DNA of 63,641 nucleotides from an uncultured Bacillota bacterium (GTDB taxonomy: Bacteria > Bacillota_I > Bacilli_A > RF39 > UBA660), in the NCBI GenBank assembly GCA_947650795.1, contig CANSWR010000002.1, forward strand, positions 1 through 63,641, given 5' to 3'. Made by a program: the position numbers and the translations under genes. The notes beneath the pieces are model-generated. The model had not been told where the DNA came from. It searched no databases and worked only from the letters and a program-made list of their open reading frames with translations. Of this stretch, positions 51,403 through 61,162 are shown piece after piece. Numbering within the stretch: the stretch's first letter is position 1; every line of letters starts with the position of its first letter.

Positions 51403-52029
51403 CTATAACTCTCTTAAAAACTTAATTTTATTCTCTAAGTCTCCACTAATTAAATAAGAACAACTTACTAACATATCTGCCCCCTTTATCTTTGGAGCAC
51501 TCACATCATTAACCCCACCATCTACACTTATTATAGTTTTATATCCTTTTTCATCTATCTCATGCCTTAAAACATCTATTTTGTACAAAATACTTTCCAT
51601 AAACGTTTGATAGCTTTCCCCTGGTTCAACACTCATAATCAATACCATATCTAAATAAGGCAATAGATGAAATATATCACTCACATTTGTACCTGGTTTT
51701 ATACTTATCCCAACTTTTACTCCATTAGCTTTTATATGATTTATTACATTCATAGCATCTTTAACTGCTTCATAATGAAAAGTAATGTAACTAGTATTAA
51801 GAGTACTATAATCATCTATATATTTATCTGGATTACTTACCATTAAATGAACATCCAATTTTTTATTAGTATAACTAGTAAACTTATTAATCTGAGAAAA
51901 AGTAAAACTTCTATTTTTAACTAACGTTCCATCCATTATATCTAAATGAATAAAATCTATACTAGACTTTTCATAATTTTTAACTGCATCCAATGGCTTA
52001 TCACATAAAATAGAACCACTAACTAACAT
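51403..52029 (-). CDS. rpe: ribulose-phosphate 3-epimerase
   Basis: HLDIMDG, HLMV and MSVEPG motifs. ATG chosen at 52029. Confidence 0.85.
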   Translation of the reverse strand: MLVSGSILCDKPLDAVKNYEKSSIDFIHLDIMDGTLVKNRSFTFSQINKFTSYTNKKLDVHLMVSNPDKYIDDYSTLNTSYITFHYEAVKDAMNVINHIKANGVKVGISIKPGTNVSDIFHLLPYLDMVLIMSVEPGESYQTFMESILYKIDVLRHEIDEKGYKTIISVDGGVNDVSAPKIKGADMLVSCSYLISGDLENKIKFLREL

Positions 52030-52107
52030 TAACACCACTTCCTTTATTTTCTACTATTTAATTATAATAACTTAATGTACACCAAGTCAAACTATAAATT
52101 AAAAAAG

Positions 52108-52926
52108 TTACCTTCCAATCAATTTAAGATAACTTTCATATCTACTTTTTAGAATTTTACCATTATTTACTCTTTCAATAACATTACACCCATCATTTTT
52201 AACATGAGTACAACTAGAATATTTACAGTTAAAACCAAATTCCTTAAATCCACTAGAAATAGTTTCTAAACTCATATCTAACTCTAAAGAACTAAATCCT
52301 GGAGTATCTGCAATTAAACTGTCATTAAATGATATAAGCTCAACTAATCTAGTTGTATGTTTACCTCTACCTAAATGCTCACTTACTTCTCCAGTTTTTA
52401 AATTTAAACTCTTATCACATTTATTTAATAATGTACTCTTGCCTGCTCCTGTTTGCCCAGCTAAAGATACTACACAACCTTTCATTTCCTTTTTTATTTT
52501 ACGTATTTGCTTATTAGTGTAAACTTTATAACCTAACTTTTTATAATATTTTAAAACATTTTTAATTTCCTTTACTTCACTTTTATCACAAATATCTAAC
52601 TTAGTTATAATTATAACAGGTTCAATATTATTTACTTCACTTAAAACTAAAAATTTATCTAATAAATATGTACTGAATCTTGGTATATGTGTACTAACCA
52701 CTATAAAAAGCTTATCTATATTAGAAATTAAAGGTCTTATTAAAGTATTTTTTCTTTCCTTAACCTCTTCTATTGTTAAAGTATTAGTATTTATGACTAC
52801 ATTGTCTCCCACAGTAAGTTTAAAATTCCTAAGTTTTCCTCTTACAGAACACGGAAAAACACTGTCATCTACCATAACAGTGTATAAGTCTTTATTAATA
52901 CTTATTATTTTTCCTAAACTATTCAT
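52108..52926 (-). CDS. rsgA: ribosome small-subunit-dependent GTPase A
   Basis: Circularly permuted GTPase (TKLD ... GQTGAGKSTLLN) with a C-terminal zinc-finger Cys/His cluster. The ATG at 52926 overlaps the prkC stop. Confidence 0.9.
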   Translation of the reverse strand: MNSLGKIISINKDLYTVMVDDSVFPCSVRGKLRNFKLTVGDNVVINTNTLTIEEVKERKNTLIRPLISNIDKLFIVVSTHIPRFSTYLLDKFLVLSEVNNIEPVIIITKLDICDKSEVKEIKNVLKYYKKLGYKVYTNKQIRKIKKEMKGCVVSLAGQTGAGKSTLLNKCDKSLNLKTGEVSEHLGRGKHTTRLVELISFNDSLIADTPGFSSLELDMSLETISSGFKEFGFNCKYSSCTHVKNDGCNVIERVNNGKILKSRYESYLKLIGR

Positions 52927-54733
52927 TTGTTTCTCCGCCTTCTGGTTCATCAGGAGCTTCTGGATCTTCTGGATCTCCATCAGGGCCTCCTATAATCTTA
53001 GGTGCTTTAGCAATAGTAATTGTAAATGCTACACCTTCTTGAACAGGATTACCTGCTGGCCTACTTTGACTAATAATAGTACCAGGTTCTAACACTCCAT
53101 TTTCTTCTTCATTAATTGTCAAATTAAGTTTATACTTTTCTGCAAATTCTCTTACTTTATCTACATTATAAGTTCCATCTGCAAAATTAGGATAAACAAT
53201 TTCAATATCTGGAACATAAAGTATTATACTATCTCCACTCTTAACTGCCTCACCTACTGCTGGACTAGTAGATAAAACTGTATTTTCTTTTTTATTTTCT
53301 TCTTCTCTTACAGTTTGTTTTTCTGTTCTAACTGTACATTTATACTCTTTACACCTCTCACTTAGAATACCTATAACTTCATTTACATCTCTTCCACTAT
53401 AATCTTCCATTTCAAAAGACGCGTCTCCACTAGATAAAACTATACAAACTTCTCTTCCTTTCTTAGCAAGAGTTCCTGCTCCTGGAGAAGTCTTTATTGC
53501 ATAACCTTCCTTAATCTCATCACTTGCTTCATATTTATAATCTATCTTTTTATTATCAGTATCCCTACATACAGGTTCAAAACCTTCTTCAGTTAGTTTA
53601 TTTGTAGCGTCAACTGCACTTAAATTAGAAACGTTTGGAATTTCTTTTGTTTCATCCTTTGAAATATATGGAAGTAAAAACACAACTGCTGCTGCTAAAA
53701 CTATAAGACCCGTAAAAATACTAGCTAGAATAATTAGAAGTTTATTCTGTTTCTTAGATTCTTCTCTTTCTAATTTTATAATATCTTCTTTTCTAGACTT
53801 CTCAGATTCTTTAACCTCTTTAACCGCATTATCAAGCATTTTTGTCTCTTCTATATCACTTTCAGAATAAACATAATTATACTTTCTCTCATTAGCACGT
53901 GACTCATCCATAGCAGTAATAATATCTTGATACATTTCTCTAGCATCTTTGTATCTATTTTGTGGATTTTTTGCAGTACTTCTTAAAATAATATTCTCAA
54001 TTGACTGAGGAAGTTCTGGTAATTTTTTTCTTATACTTGGAAGTGGCTCTTTTAAATGTTTAAGAGCAATTTCAACTGCATTATCTCCTTTATATGGTAC
54101 ACCACCTGTCAATAATTCATACATAAGAATTCCCATAGAATATATATCACTTCTCAAAGTTGAACCCTTACCATTTGCTTGTTCTGGTGGCAAATAATGT
54201 ACACTTCCCATTACTGAATTAGTCTGCGTTAATTGAGTACTATTCATAGCCATAGCAATACCAAAATCAGTTATCTTAATGAGACCATTTTCAAGTATCA
54301 TAATATTTTGAGGTTTAATATCTCTATGAATAATATAAGAATCATGTGCATGCGCCATACCATCAGTAATCTGACTCATAATATCTATTACTTCTGTAAT
54401 AGTAAGACTACCTCTTTTTTTAAGAAGTTGTTTTAAAGTTTTACCTTCAACATACTCCATTACAATATAATATTGACCATCATCTTCACCAACGTCATAC
54501 ATTTCAACAATATTAGGATGATTCAAAGAACTAGCACTAAGAGCTTCTCTTTGGAATCTTCTAACAAATTTATCATCATTTGCTAAATCTCCTCTTAAAA
54601 CTTTAACTGCTACATTTCTATCTAATATTGTATCATATGCAAGATAAACATTAGCCATACCACCTTCACCAAGCGTCCTAATAATAGCATATCTATCATT
54701 AATTTTAGTACCCTTTATTATCACTATTTTCAC
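52919..54733 (-). CDS. prkC: Ser/Thr protein kinase with extracellular PASTA repeats (PrkC/PknB type)
   Basis: GEGGMANVY, HRDIKPQN and DFG motifs, a TM helix, then PASTA-like repeats. Confidence 0.95.
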   Translation of the reverse strand: MKIVIIKGTKINDRYAIIRTLGEGGMANVYLAYDTILDRNVAVKVLRGDLANDDKFVRRFQREALSASSLNHPNIVEMYDVGEDDGQYYIVMEYVEGKTLKQLLKKRGSLTITEVIDIMSQITDGMAHAHDSYIIHRDIKPQNIMILENGLIKITDFGIAMAMNSTQLTQTNSVMGSVHYLPPEQANGKGSTLRSDIYSMGILMYELLTGGVPYKGDNAVEIALKHLKEPLPSIRKKLPELPQSIENIILRSTAKNPQNRYKDAREMYQDIITAMDESRANERKYNYVYSESDIEETKMLDNAVKEVKESEKSRKEDIIKLEREESKKQNKLLIILASIFTGLIVLAAAVVFLLPYISKDETKEIPNVSNLSAVDATNKLTEEGFEPVCRDTDNKKIDYKYEASDEIKEGYAIKTSPGAGTLAKKGREVCIVLSSGDASFEMEDYSGRDVNEVIGILSERCKEYKCTVRTEKQTVREEENKKENTVLSTSPAVGEAVKSGDSIILYVPDIEIVYPNFADGTYNVDKVREFAEKYKLNLTINEEENGVLEPGTIISQSRPAGNPVQEGVAFTITIAKAPKIIGGPDGDPEDPEAPDEPEGGETNE

Positions 54734-55466
54734 CTGCCTCCAATAGCAAACACGCTATTGATATATTGTCATTTCCCCCTCTTAAATTACTTTTAACTAT
54801 TAATTTATCTACTTTTTCATCTATTTCTAATTCTGAATCATTAAGAACTTTCTCAATTTGTTCTTTAGTTACCATATTAGTAAGTCCATCACTACATAAG
54901 AATATACCATCAACTGGATCTTCAACTACAAAAATATCTGTCTCAACTTTAGGAGCAGCACCTAACGCTTTCATTAAAACGTTTTTCTGAGGATGATTTA
55001 TTGCTTCCTCTGGTCTAAGTTCACCAGTTTCAACTAAAATATTAACTAAAGTATGGTCTTTGGTAACTTTATATAACTTGCCATCTTTAAAAACAAAACC
55101 ACTAGAATCTCCAATATTAGCAAATATAAGATATTCACTTGTAAGAACAGCACAAACCAAAGTAGTACCTAATCCAGTAGAATCTACATGCTCCTCCGCA
55201 TATTTAATGATATTAGTATTTACTTCTTCTATAATTTCCTTAAGCCATGTAATAGCATCTAATTTTGTTCCTAAAGTACTCACCTTTTGAAATCTTGAAC
55301 CTATAGTAGTTACTGCCATCGAACTAGCAACCTCACCAGCTCTATGCCCTCCCATACCATCTGCCACAATCAAAAGATAATCATTGCTTAAATTCTTTAC
55401 AATAGTAACACTATCTTCATTATGACTACGTACTTTCCCAGGATCTGTTTGATAATGTGTAAGCAT
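54705..55466 (-). CDS. prpC: PP2C-family Ser/Thr phosphatase
   Basis: DGMGGH and DGLTN motifs. Start chosen at MLTHYQTD after AAAGAGGTG. Confidence 0.9.
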   Translation of the reverse strand: MLTHYQTDPGKVRSHNEDSVTIVKNLSNDYLLIVADGMGGHRAGEVASSMAVTTIGSRFQKVSTLGTKLDAITWLKEIIEEVNTNIIKYAEEHVDSTGLGTTLVCAVLTSEYLIFANIGDSSGFVFKDGKLYKVTKDHTLVNILVETGELRPEEAINHPQKNVLMKALGAAPKVETDIFVVEDPVDGIFLCSDGLTNMVTKEQIEKVLNDSELEIDEKVDKLIVKSNLRGGNDNISIACLLLEAGENSDNKGY

Positions 55467-55612
55467 AATACACCTCTTTTCGTTTCTACTCATCTTTACT
55501 ACTATTAAGTATATCATAAAATAAATACATTTAAAAGAAACTAATTAATTATATGTAAAATAGAAACAATACTTTACAAAAAAACAAAACTAGAGATCAT
55601 AATTTCTCTAGT

Positions 55613-56212
55613 TTATAAATTGAATTCATTTAAAGCTTCATATCCTTGTTTGTAAATTTCTTTAAGTTCATCATCCGTCATTTCTTCAGAAATATTAGAA
55701 TAACTATAAATTGGTCTACCATTCTTTATAAATAGAACTGTTGGCGTATATACCACTTTATAATCTGTTTTAACTACTGTACCATCTTCTTGAACAAACA
55801 CATAATCATCAGCATAAACACCTAAATAAGAAATAAGTTCGTCATAAAGTTTACTTTGTTTTTTATTAACAATTATATCATTATTATTAAGAGATAAGCT
55901 TATTTCATCATTCTTAAGACTATAAACATATATAGTATAATCTCCTTTGAAATCATATAACAAATCAATAAATCTTCCTGCACTTATTCTAGAACTAACA
56001 AGTAAAAACACACCTGTTTCATTTTCTAAAATACTCATTAAATCTTCTTTTTGTACATCTTGATACACTCTATTGTTATTTTCATCTACATTAGCTATTA
56101 TCATAGGACTTCTTTCTATCTTCCTTTCATAATATGCTATAGAGATTAAAAGGAATCCTGTAAGTATCGACAGAATCCCCTTAAGTACTTTTTCTTTAGT
56201 TTTCTTTTTCAT
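55613..56212 (-). CDS. hypothetical membrane-anchored protein, possibly a thioredoxin-like fold without CxxC
   Basis: N-terminal TM helix. The ending ..TPTVLFIKNGRPIYSY.. is reminiscent of thioredoxin-fold proteins. Confidence 0.5.
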   Translation of the reverse strand: MKKKTKEKVLKGILSILTGFLLISIAYYERKIERSPMIIANVDENNNRVYQDVQKEDLMSILENETGVFLLVSSRISAGRFIDLLYDFKGDYTIYVYSLKNDEISLSLNNNDIIVNKKQSKLYDELISYLGVYADDYVFVQEDGTVVKTDYKVVYTPTVLFIKNGRPIYSYSNISEEMTDDELKEIYKQGYEALNEFNL

Positions 56213-56219
56213 TTTACGC

Positions 56220-57092
56220 TTATTTGATTTGGCTCATAACCTCATCAGCAAAGTTCTCACTTCTCTTTTCCATACCTTCACCAACTTCATAACGTATCAT
56301 TTTTACTACACTAGAACTGTTTTTATCAAGGTATTCTTTAACAGTCAAATCTGAATCTTTTACAAAAGTTTGCTCGATTAAACATATCTCAGCATAAAAT
56401 TTATCAAGTCTTCCAACAATAATCTTATCAATAAATTCTTCTTTCTTACCTTCTGTCTTAGCTTGTTCAACTAAAACTGCTCTTTCATGTTCAGTTTTCT
56501 CACTTGGAACATCTTCACGACATACATATTCAGGTTTCATCGCAGCAGATTGCATAGCAACATCCTTCGCTACGCTTTCATTATCTCCCTTTAAAACTAT
56601 TAAAGATGCAATCTTTCCACCCATATGTAAATAAGATCCAAATACTTCATCATCATTTTTATTAACAACTTCAATTCTTCTAAGACTTAATTTTTCTCCT
56701 ATAGTTGCAGTTGTATTAATAATTAAATCATTAATAGAGTTTCCATCTACATTTAAATTCAAAGCATCTTCTAATGTAGAAACTTCACTATTTAAAATAG
56801 CATTACCAATAGTATCAACCATATTAATAAAATCTGCATTCTTAGCAACAAAATCTGTTTCAGAATTAACTTCAAGTACTAAAGCTTTATTATTGCTTAT
56901 ATAAATATTTGCAAGCCCCTCAGCTGCAATTCTATCAGCTTTCTTAGCAGCTTTACTTATACCTTTTTCTCTTAAGTAATCAACTGCTCTATCCATATCT
57001 CCATTACTTTCTGCTAATGCTTTCTTACAATCAAGCATACCAGCACCTGTCATATCACGCAATGCTTTAACATCACTTGCTTTTATATCCAT
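56220..57092 (-). CDS. tsf: elongation factor Ts
   Basis: The UBA-like N-terminus VKALRDMTGAGMLDCKKAL is typical of EF-Ts. Confidence 0.95.
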   Translation of the reverse strand: MDIKASDVKALRDMTGAGMLDCKKALAESNGDMDRAVDYLREKGISKAAKKADRIAAEGLANIYISNNKALVLEVNSETDFVAKNADFINMVDTIGNAILNSEVSTLEDALNLNVDGNSINDLIINTTATIGEKLSLRRIEVVNKNDDEVFGSYLHMGGKIASLIVLKGDNESVAKDVAMQSAAMKPEYVCREDVPSEKTEHERAVLVEQAKTEGKKEEFIDKIIVGRLDKFYAEICLIEQTFVKDSDLTVKEYLDKNSSSVVKMIRYEVGEGMEKRSENFADEVMSQIK

Positions 57093-57114
57093 AAAAATTC
57101 TCCTTTTTAATTTC

Positions 57115-58062
57115 TTATTTAAGAGCTTCGATTAACTCTTCTTTCTTCATAGTAGAGTAACCTTTTACACCTTTATCTTTAGCTAAGACTTTTAAATCTG
57201 CTAATTTCATATCTTCTAATGATTCTGTTTCTTCTGGTTCACTAGAAACTTCGCTAACTTCAGTTTGATTTTCATCACTATTTACTTCTTTTTCTATTAC
57301 TTGAACCTCTTCACGAATCTTACCATCTTTACCTTTTTTAGGTTTTACAAACTCTTCTTCAGTCACATAATCTTCAAGCGGTAATCCATTTCCTTCACAA
57401 ACAGCATTAGCAAGAACTCCTAAAACCACTTTAACAGCACGTACTGCATCATCATTTCCTGGTATTACATAATCAACATCATCAGGATCGCTATTAGTAT
57501 CAACTATACCAAAAACAGGAATTCCTAATCTTCTTGCTTCTCTAATAGCATTTATTTCAATACGAGGGTCAGTTATAATAAGTGCTTGTGGTAATCTTGT
57601 CATTTCTCTTATACCACATAATATCTTATTTAACTTATCATATTCTTTTTGTAACTTTGCTACTTCTTTTTTAGGTAATAACTCAAACTTACCATCACTT
57701 TTCATTTTTTCGATTTGAGCTAAACGATTAATTCTTTCTCTAATAGTTTTAAAATTAGTAAGAATTCCTCCAAGCCAACGTTCAGTTACATAATAACCTC
57801 CACATCTTGTTGCCTCTTCAATACTAGCTTCTTGTGCTTGTTTTTTAGTACCAACAAACAATGCTTTACCGCCATCTTTACATGCTTCACGTAAAACAAC
57901 ATATGCTTCCTCTAATTTCTCAACTGTTTTCTCCAAATCAATAATATAAATATCATCTCTAGAAGTATAGATGTATTCTTTCATTTTAGGATTCCATCTT
58001 TTTGTTTGATGTCCAAAATGTACACCAGCTTCTAATAAATTTCCTTTTGACACTACTGCCAT
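57115..58062 (-). CDS. rpsB: 30S ribosomal protein S2 with an acidic linker and a C-terminal Rho_N/SAP-like module
   Basis: The canonical S2 core ([19 protein letters not shown]) is followed by about 70 extra residues ending [28 protein letters not shown]. Confidence 0.95.
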   Translation of the reverse strand: MAVVSKGNLLEAGVHFGHQTKRWNPKMKEYIYTSRDDIYIIDLEKTVEKLEEAYVVLREACKDGGKALFVGTKKQAQEASIEEATRCGGYYVTERWLGGILTNFKTIRERINRLAQIEKMKSDGKFELLPKKEVAKLQKEYDKLNKILCGIREMTRLPQALIITDPRIEINAIREARRLGIPVFGIVDTNSDPDDVDYVIPGNDDAVRAVKVVLGVLANAVCEGNGLPLEDYVTEEEFVKPKKGKDGKIREEVQVIEKEVNSDENQTEVSEVSSEPEETESLEDMKLADLKVLAKDKGVKGYSTMKKEELIEALK

Positions 58063-58269
58063 AATTTCACTCTTCCTTTCGTTATCCCTTCCTTTTGTTT
58101 CTAAACCTTTACACCTACATAATTGTAAGCACTAGTAAAAGAAATCCACAAAAGTGCTTATTTTCTAAAGCCGAATATATTTTAACACAATATTATATGT
58201 AAAGTAAATAAAAATATTAAAAACTAAAACATGAATATAAATTAAAAAACTAATAAAAATTATTTCTTA

Positions 58270-58425
58270 TCATAAAATCAAACATGTAACAAAATAATTA
58301 GAGAAATTACTGAGACGAACGACTCCATTATTGTTGACGTCTACGTTACTCAAGTAGCCAGGATAACTAGAACCCCACGCAATGAACACGCGCGCCCAAG
58401 TGCTATCCCAAGCCCACGGACTCAT
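58270..58425 (-). CDS. array mini-ORF 1
   Basis: MSPWAWDSTWARVFIAWGSSYPGYLSNVDVNNNGVVRLSNFSNYFVTCLIL (own codon-by-codon translation). This is the leftmost unit; the conserved 3' flank is truncated after AATTTCTCT. Confidence 0.55.
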   Translation of the reverse strand: MSPWAWDSTWARVFIAWGSSYPGYLSNVDVNNNGVVRLSNFSNYFVTCLIL

Positions 58426-58574
58426 TTAAGATTTTCTACAATATCATCCTAATTTATTTAACATAATTTATAAAAAAGAAACATTCAAATATTTACTAAA
58501 CCTTAATTATAAATAATATTAATTTTTAGTCATCATGACACGGATGACATTTGTTTCTCTAACAATTTTTTCTA

Positions 58575-58748
58575 CTATAACATAATATTATGAAAAAACT
58601 TTATCAAAGAGAAATTACTGAGACGAACGACAGTTGAACCACTGTTAACGGATAAACTACCCAAGCAGCCAGGAGCAGTAGATCCGTACAAAAACAAGAC
58701 AATCGCAGTGCCAGAACTAGAGCCCCACCTGAACTGTGACGGACTCAT
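58575..58748 (-). CDS. array mini-ORF 2
   Basis: MSPSQFRWGSSSGTAIVLFLYGSTAPGCLGSLSVNSGSTVVRLSNFSLIKFFHNIML. Confidence 0.55.
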   Translation of the reverse strand: MSPSQFRWGSSSGTAIVLFLYGSTAPGCLGSLSVNSGSTVVRLSNFSLIKFFHNIML

Positions 58749-58911
58749 CAATTATTTTTTATAATATTATCCTAAATTGTTAATAACAAGAAATATTCAA
58801 TTTTTACTAATTCTTAATCATAAATGATAATAAATATCTAGTATTACAATAAGGATAATATTTGTTTCTCTAATATTTTTTACTATAATTATTATCATGA
58901 AAAATTATTAA

Positions 58912-59040
58912 CTAAGAGAAATTTGGACGAACTACTCCATTACCATGAGCGACATTTGCATTTCCAGAACGGTCAGGATAAGTAGAACCGTATAAAGTAA
59001 ATACATGTACATTAATATCTATTAATTCAAACGGACTCAT
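58912..59040 (-). CDS. array mini-ORF 3
   Basis: MSPFELIDINVHVFTLYGSTYPDRSGNANVAHGNGVVRPNFS. Confidence 0.55.
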   Translation of the reverse strand: MSPFELIDINVHVFTLYGSTYPDRSGNANVAHGNGVVRPNFS

Positions 59041-59231
59041 TTAAAAATTTTTATAATATCATCCTAATTTATTTAACATAATTAATAAAAAAGAAACATT
59101 CAAATATTTACTAAATCTTAATTATAAATTATATAATTTTTAGTTATCATAACACGGATGACATTTGTTTCTCTTAAAACTTTTTCTACTATAACATAAT
59201 ATTATGAAAAAACTTTATCAAAGAGAAATTA

Positions 59232-59342
59232 CTAACGAACGACTCCAATATCGCCTAAATTCGCATTATTCAAACGGCCAGGATTTGTGCAACTAACATC
59301 GAACACGTACGCTCTAGTGCCATTCCAATAGTACGGACTCAT
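59232..59342 (-). CDS. array mini-ORF 4
   Basis: MSPYYWNGTRAYVFDVSCTNPGRLNNANLGDIGVVR, with the stop directly after GVVR. Confidence 0.55.
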   Translation of the reverse strand: MSPYYWNGTRAYVFDVSCTNPGRLNNANLGDIGVVR

Positions 59343-59501
59343 ATTCAATTTTACTATAATATCATCCTAATATATAAATATCATTTATTAATGAAGAATA
59401 TATAGTTATTTACTAACTCTTAATTATAAATAATATAACCTTTAGTCCTTATAATCTGGACAATATTTGTTTCTCTTAAATCTTTTCTACTATAAACCAA
59501 A

Positions 59502-59648
59502 TTATGAAAAAACACTATCAAAGAGAAATTTCTGACGAACAACTCCACTAACATCTTGAACACCAGCACCAGCCAAGTGGCCAGAATAAGTAGAACCACG
59601 AACCTGATACACGTCCGCCCTTGTACTATTCCAACCATACGGACTCAT
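59502..59648 (-). CDS. array mini-ORF 5
   Basis: MSPYGWNSTRADVYQVRGSTYSGHLAGAGVQDVSGVVRQKFLFDSVFS. The ORF-track entry 59420..59638 is an off-frame reading of the same unit. Confidence 0.55.
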   Translation of the reverse strand: MSPYGWNSTRADVYQVRGSTYSGHLAGAGVQDVSGVVRQKFLFDSVFS

Positions 59649-59760
59649 AATAACTTTACACAATATTATCCTCAACTAAAATTATTTTGAATGATAACTA
59701 TTTAGATATATAACAAGAATAATATTTGTTTCTCTTAAATTTTTTCTACTATAATTTACA

Positions 59761-59910
59761 TTATGAAAAAACTTTATTAAAGAGAAATTTTTGACGAACA
59801 ACTCCAGCAGTACTATAATCAACATTTGCATACCATAGTTGTCCTGATTTACTAGAGCCATGCACATTGAACATGTGCGCATATCCATCAAGCCAACCCC
59901 ACGGACTCAT
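59761..59910 (-). CDS. array mini-ORF 6
   Basis: MSPWGWLDGYAHMFNVHGSSKSGQLWYANVDYSTAGVVRQKFLFNKVFS. The ORF-track entry 59682..59891 is off-frame. Confidence 0.55.
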   Translation of the reverse strand: MSPWGWLDGYAHMFNVHGSSKSGQLWYANVDYSTAGVVRQKFLFNKVFS

Positions 59911-60000
59911 GCTTTTAAATCTTTTAAATACATTATTTATAATAATTTCAAATAAAAAATTACCAATATTATAATCTAAATCATTTATCTATAGATTACA

Positions 60001-60198
60001 TTACAAATAATGTTTGTTTCTCTTAAAACTTTTTCTACTATAACTCAAATTATGAAAAAGTAGTTTTAAAGAGAAATTACTAAGACGAACGACTCCATCA
60101 GTATTATAGATGTGAGTACCAGTTAAATGGCCAGGATTACTAGAACCTTTCACAAGAAACCCAGCTGAAAAAACGTTATTCCATGTCCACGGACTCAT
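60001..60198 (-). CDS. array mini-ORF 7
   Basis: ORF track: MSPWTWNNVFSAGFLVKGSSNPGHLTGTHIYNTDGVVRLSNFSLKLLFHNLSYSRKSFKRNKHYL. The tail after GVVR is read-through of the conserved flank. Confidence 0.55.
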   Translation of the reverse strand: MSPWTWNNVFSAGFLVKGSSNPGHLTGTHIYNTDGVVRLSNFSLKLLFHNLSYSRKSFKRNKHYL

Positions 60199-60289
60199 TA
60201 TTTTAATATTACTTACTGATTATCAAAATATTATTTTCATAAATTTAATAATAAATATTAACAATGTTTTTTAATCTATAATTTTTTAT

Positions 60290-60430
60290 GAATAATATTT
60301 TGTTTCTCTAATAATTTTTATAGATAAATTATTAGAAGAAATACTCTAATACTAAAAGTATAAATATCATTTAAGTAACTAGAACAATTTAAACAAAGCA
60401 ATATAACACACGCCTCAATGTCCACTGAAA
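60290..60430 (-). pseudogene. decayed array unit (7b)
   Basis: It keeps AATATTTTGTTTCTCTAATAATTTTTATAG and remnants of the core (..AACTAGAACAATTTAAACAAAGCAATATAACACACGCC..). It has lost the ORF, both anchors and the GC richness. Confidence 0.6.
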
Positions 60431-60572
60431 CAGAATCAATTAATTAATAGTATCTATTTTTACATTTTCCTATTAAAGTACTAACATAAAAATATGATTA
60501 TATCATTTTAGCATAAAAACTTTTAAATTAACATAGACAATATTTGTTTCTCTAATATTTTTTCTACTATAA

Positions 60573-60725
60573 TTATAAATTATGAAAAAAACTATATTTA
60601 AAGAGAAATTTTGGACGAACGACTCCATTAGTGCTGTAGACGTACGCGTAGCTCAACTGGCCAGGACTATTAGAACTCACACAGAACACGAGTGCCCCTA
60701 TGCCATCACGAATATACGGACTCAT
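60573..60725 (-). CDS. array mini-ORF 8
   Basis: MSPYIRDGIGALVFCVSSNSPGQLSYAYVYSTNGVVRPKFLFKYSFFHNL. Confidence 0.55.
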   Translation of the reverse strand: MSPYIRDGIGALVFCVSSNSPGQLSYAYVYSTNGVVRPKFLFKYSFFHNL

Positions 60726-60983
60726 AAAGTGCAATTAACTTATTTTCAATATTATCCACATTAATTATAATATAAATTAATTAAAACTTCTATTTCTTAA
60801 CAACATAATCACTCTTTAAGTTTCAAAAAAAATATATATTCTTAAAATTCTACTATTTCAGAATAATCAAAAAATAATATAAAATATTCCTCCAAAAGTA
60901 CTAATTTTATATTAAAAAACTTTTTAGTCTAAAGACAAAGAATAATATTTGTTTCTCTAATATCTTTTCTACTATAATATAAA

Positions 60984-61136
60984 TTATGAGAAGATGCTTT
61001 TTAAAGAGAAATTACTAGGACGAACAACTCCACGAGTATCATGAACACCAGCGTGACTCAAGAGACCAGGAAGTTCAAACCCCCACACATTGAACACGCC
61101 AGTCCATACACCATGCCAAATATACGGACTCGGCAA
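60984..61136 (-). CDS. array mini-ORF 9 (ATG replaced; possible TTG start one codon upstream)
   Basis: TAA-TTG-CCG-AGT-CCG... gives (M)PSPYIWHGVWTGVFNVWGFELPGLLSHAGVHDTRGVVRPSNFSLKSIFS. Confidence 0.45.
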   Translation of the reverse strand: MPSPYIWHGVWTGVFNVWGFELPGLLSHAGVHDTRGVVRPSNFSLKSIFS

Positions 61137-61162
61137 TTAATTAATAATATTATAATTTTTAA

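Noticed and set aside
59420-59891. ORF-track minus-strand ORFs 59420..59638 (MVGIVQ...) and 59682..59891 (MMDMRT...)
   Set aside because: These are off-frame readings of units 5 and 6. They lack the family start and the framework residues. They are long only because they run into the flank. They are replaced by the in-frame MSP...GVVR ORFs 59502..59648 and 59761..59910.
60582-60764. Plus-strand ORFs of the array (60582..60764 and 61496..61693, MKK...)
   Set aside because: The conserved ATGAAAAAAC.. opening is followed by stops in most units: MKKLYQREITETNDS-stop in unit 2, MKNY-stop in unit 3, and TAA/TAG/TGA opposite the TTA/CTA/TCA codons in units 3, 4 and 6. The frame is open only where the minus-strand codons happen to allow it.
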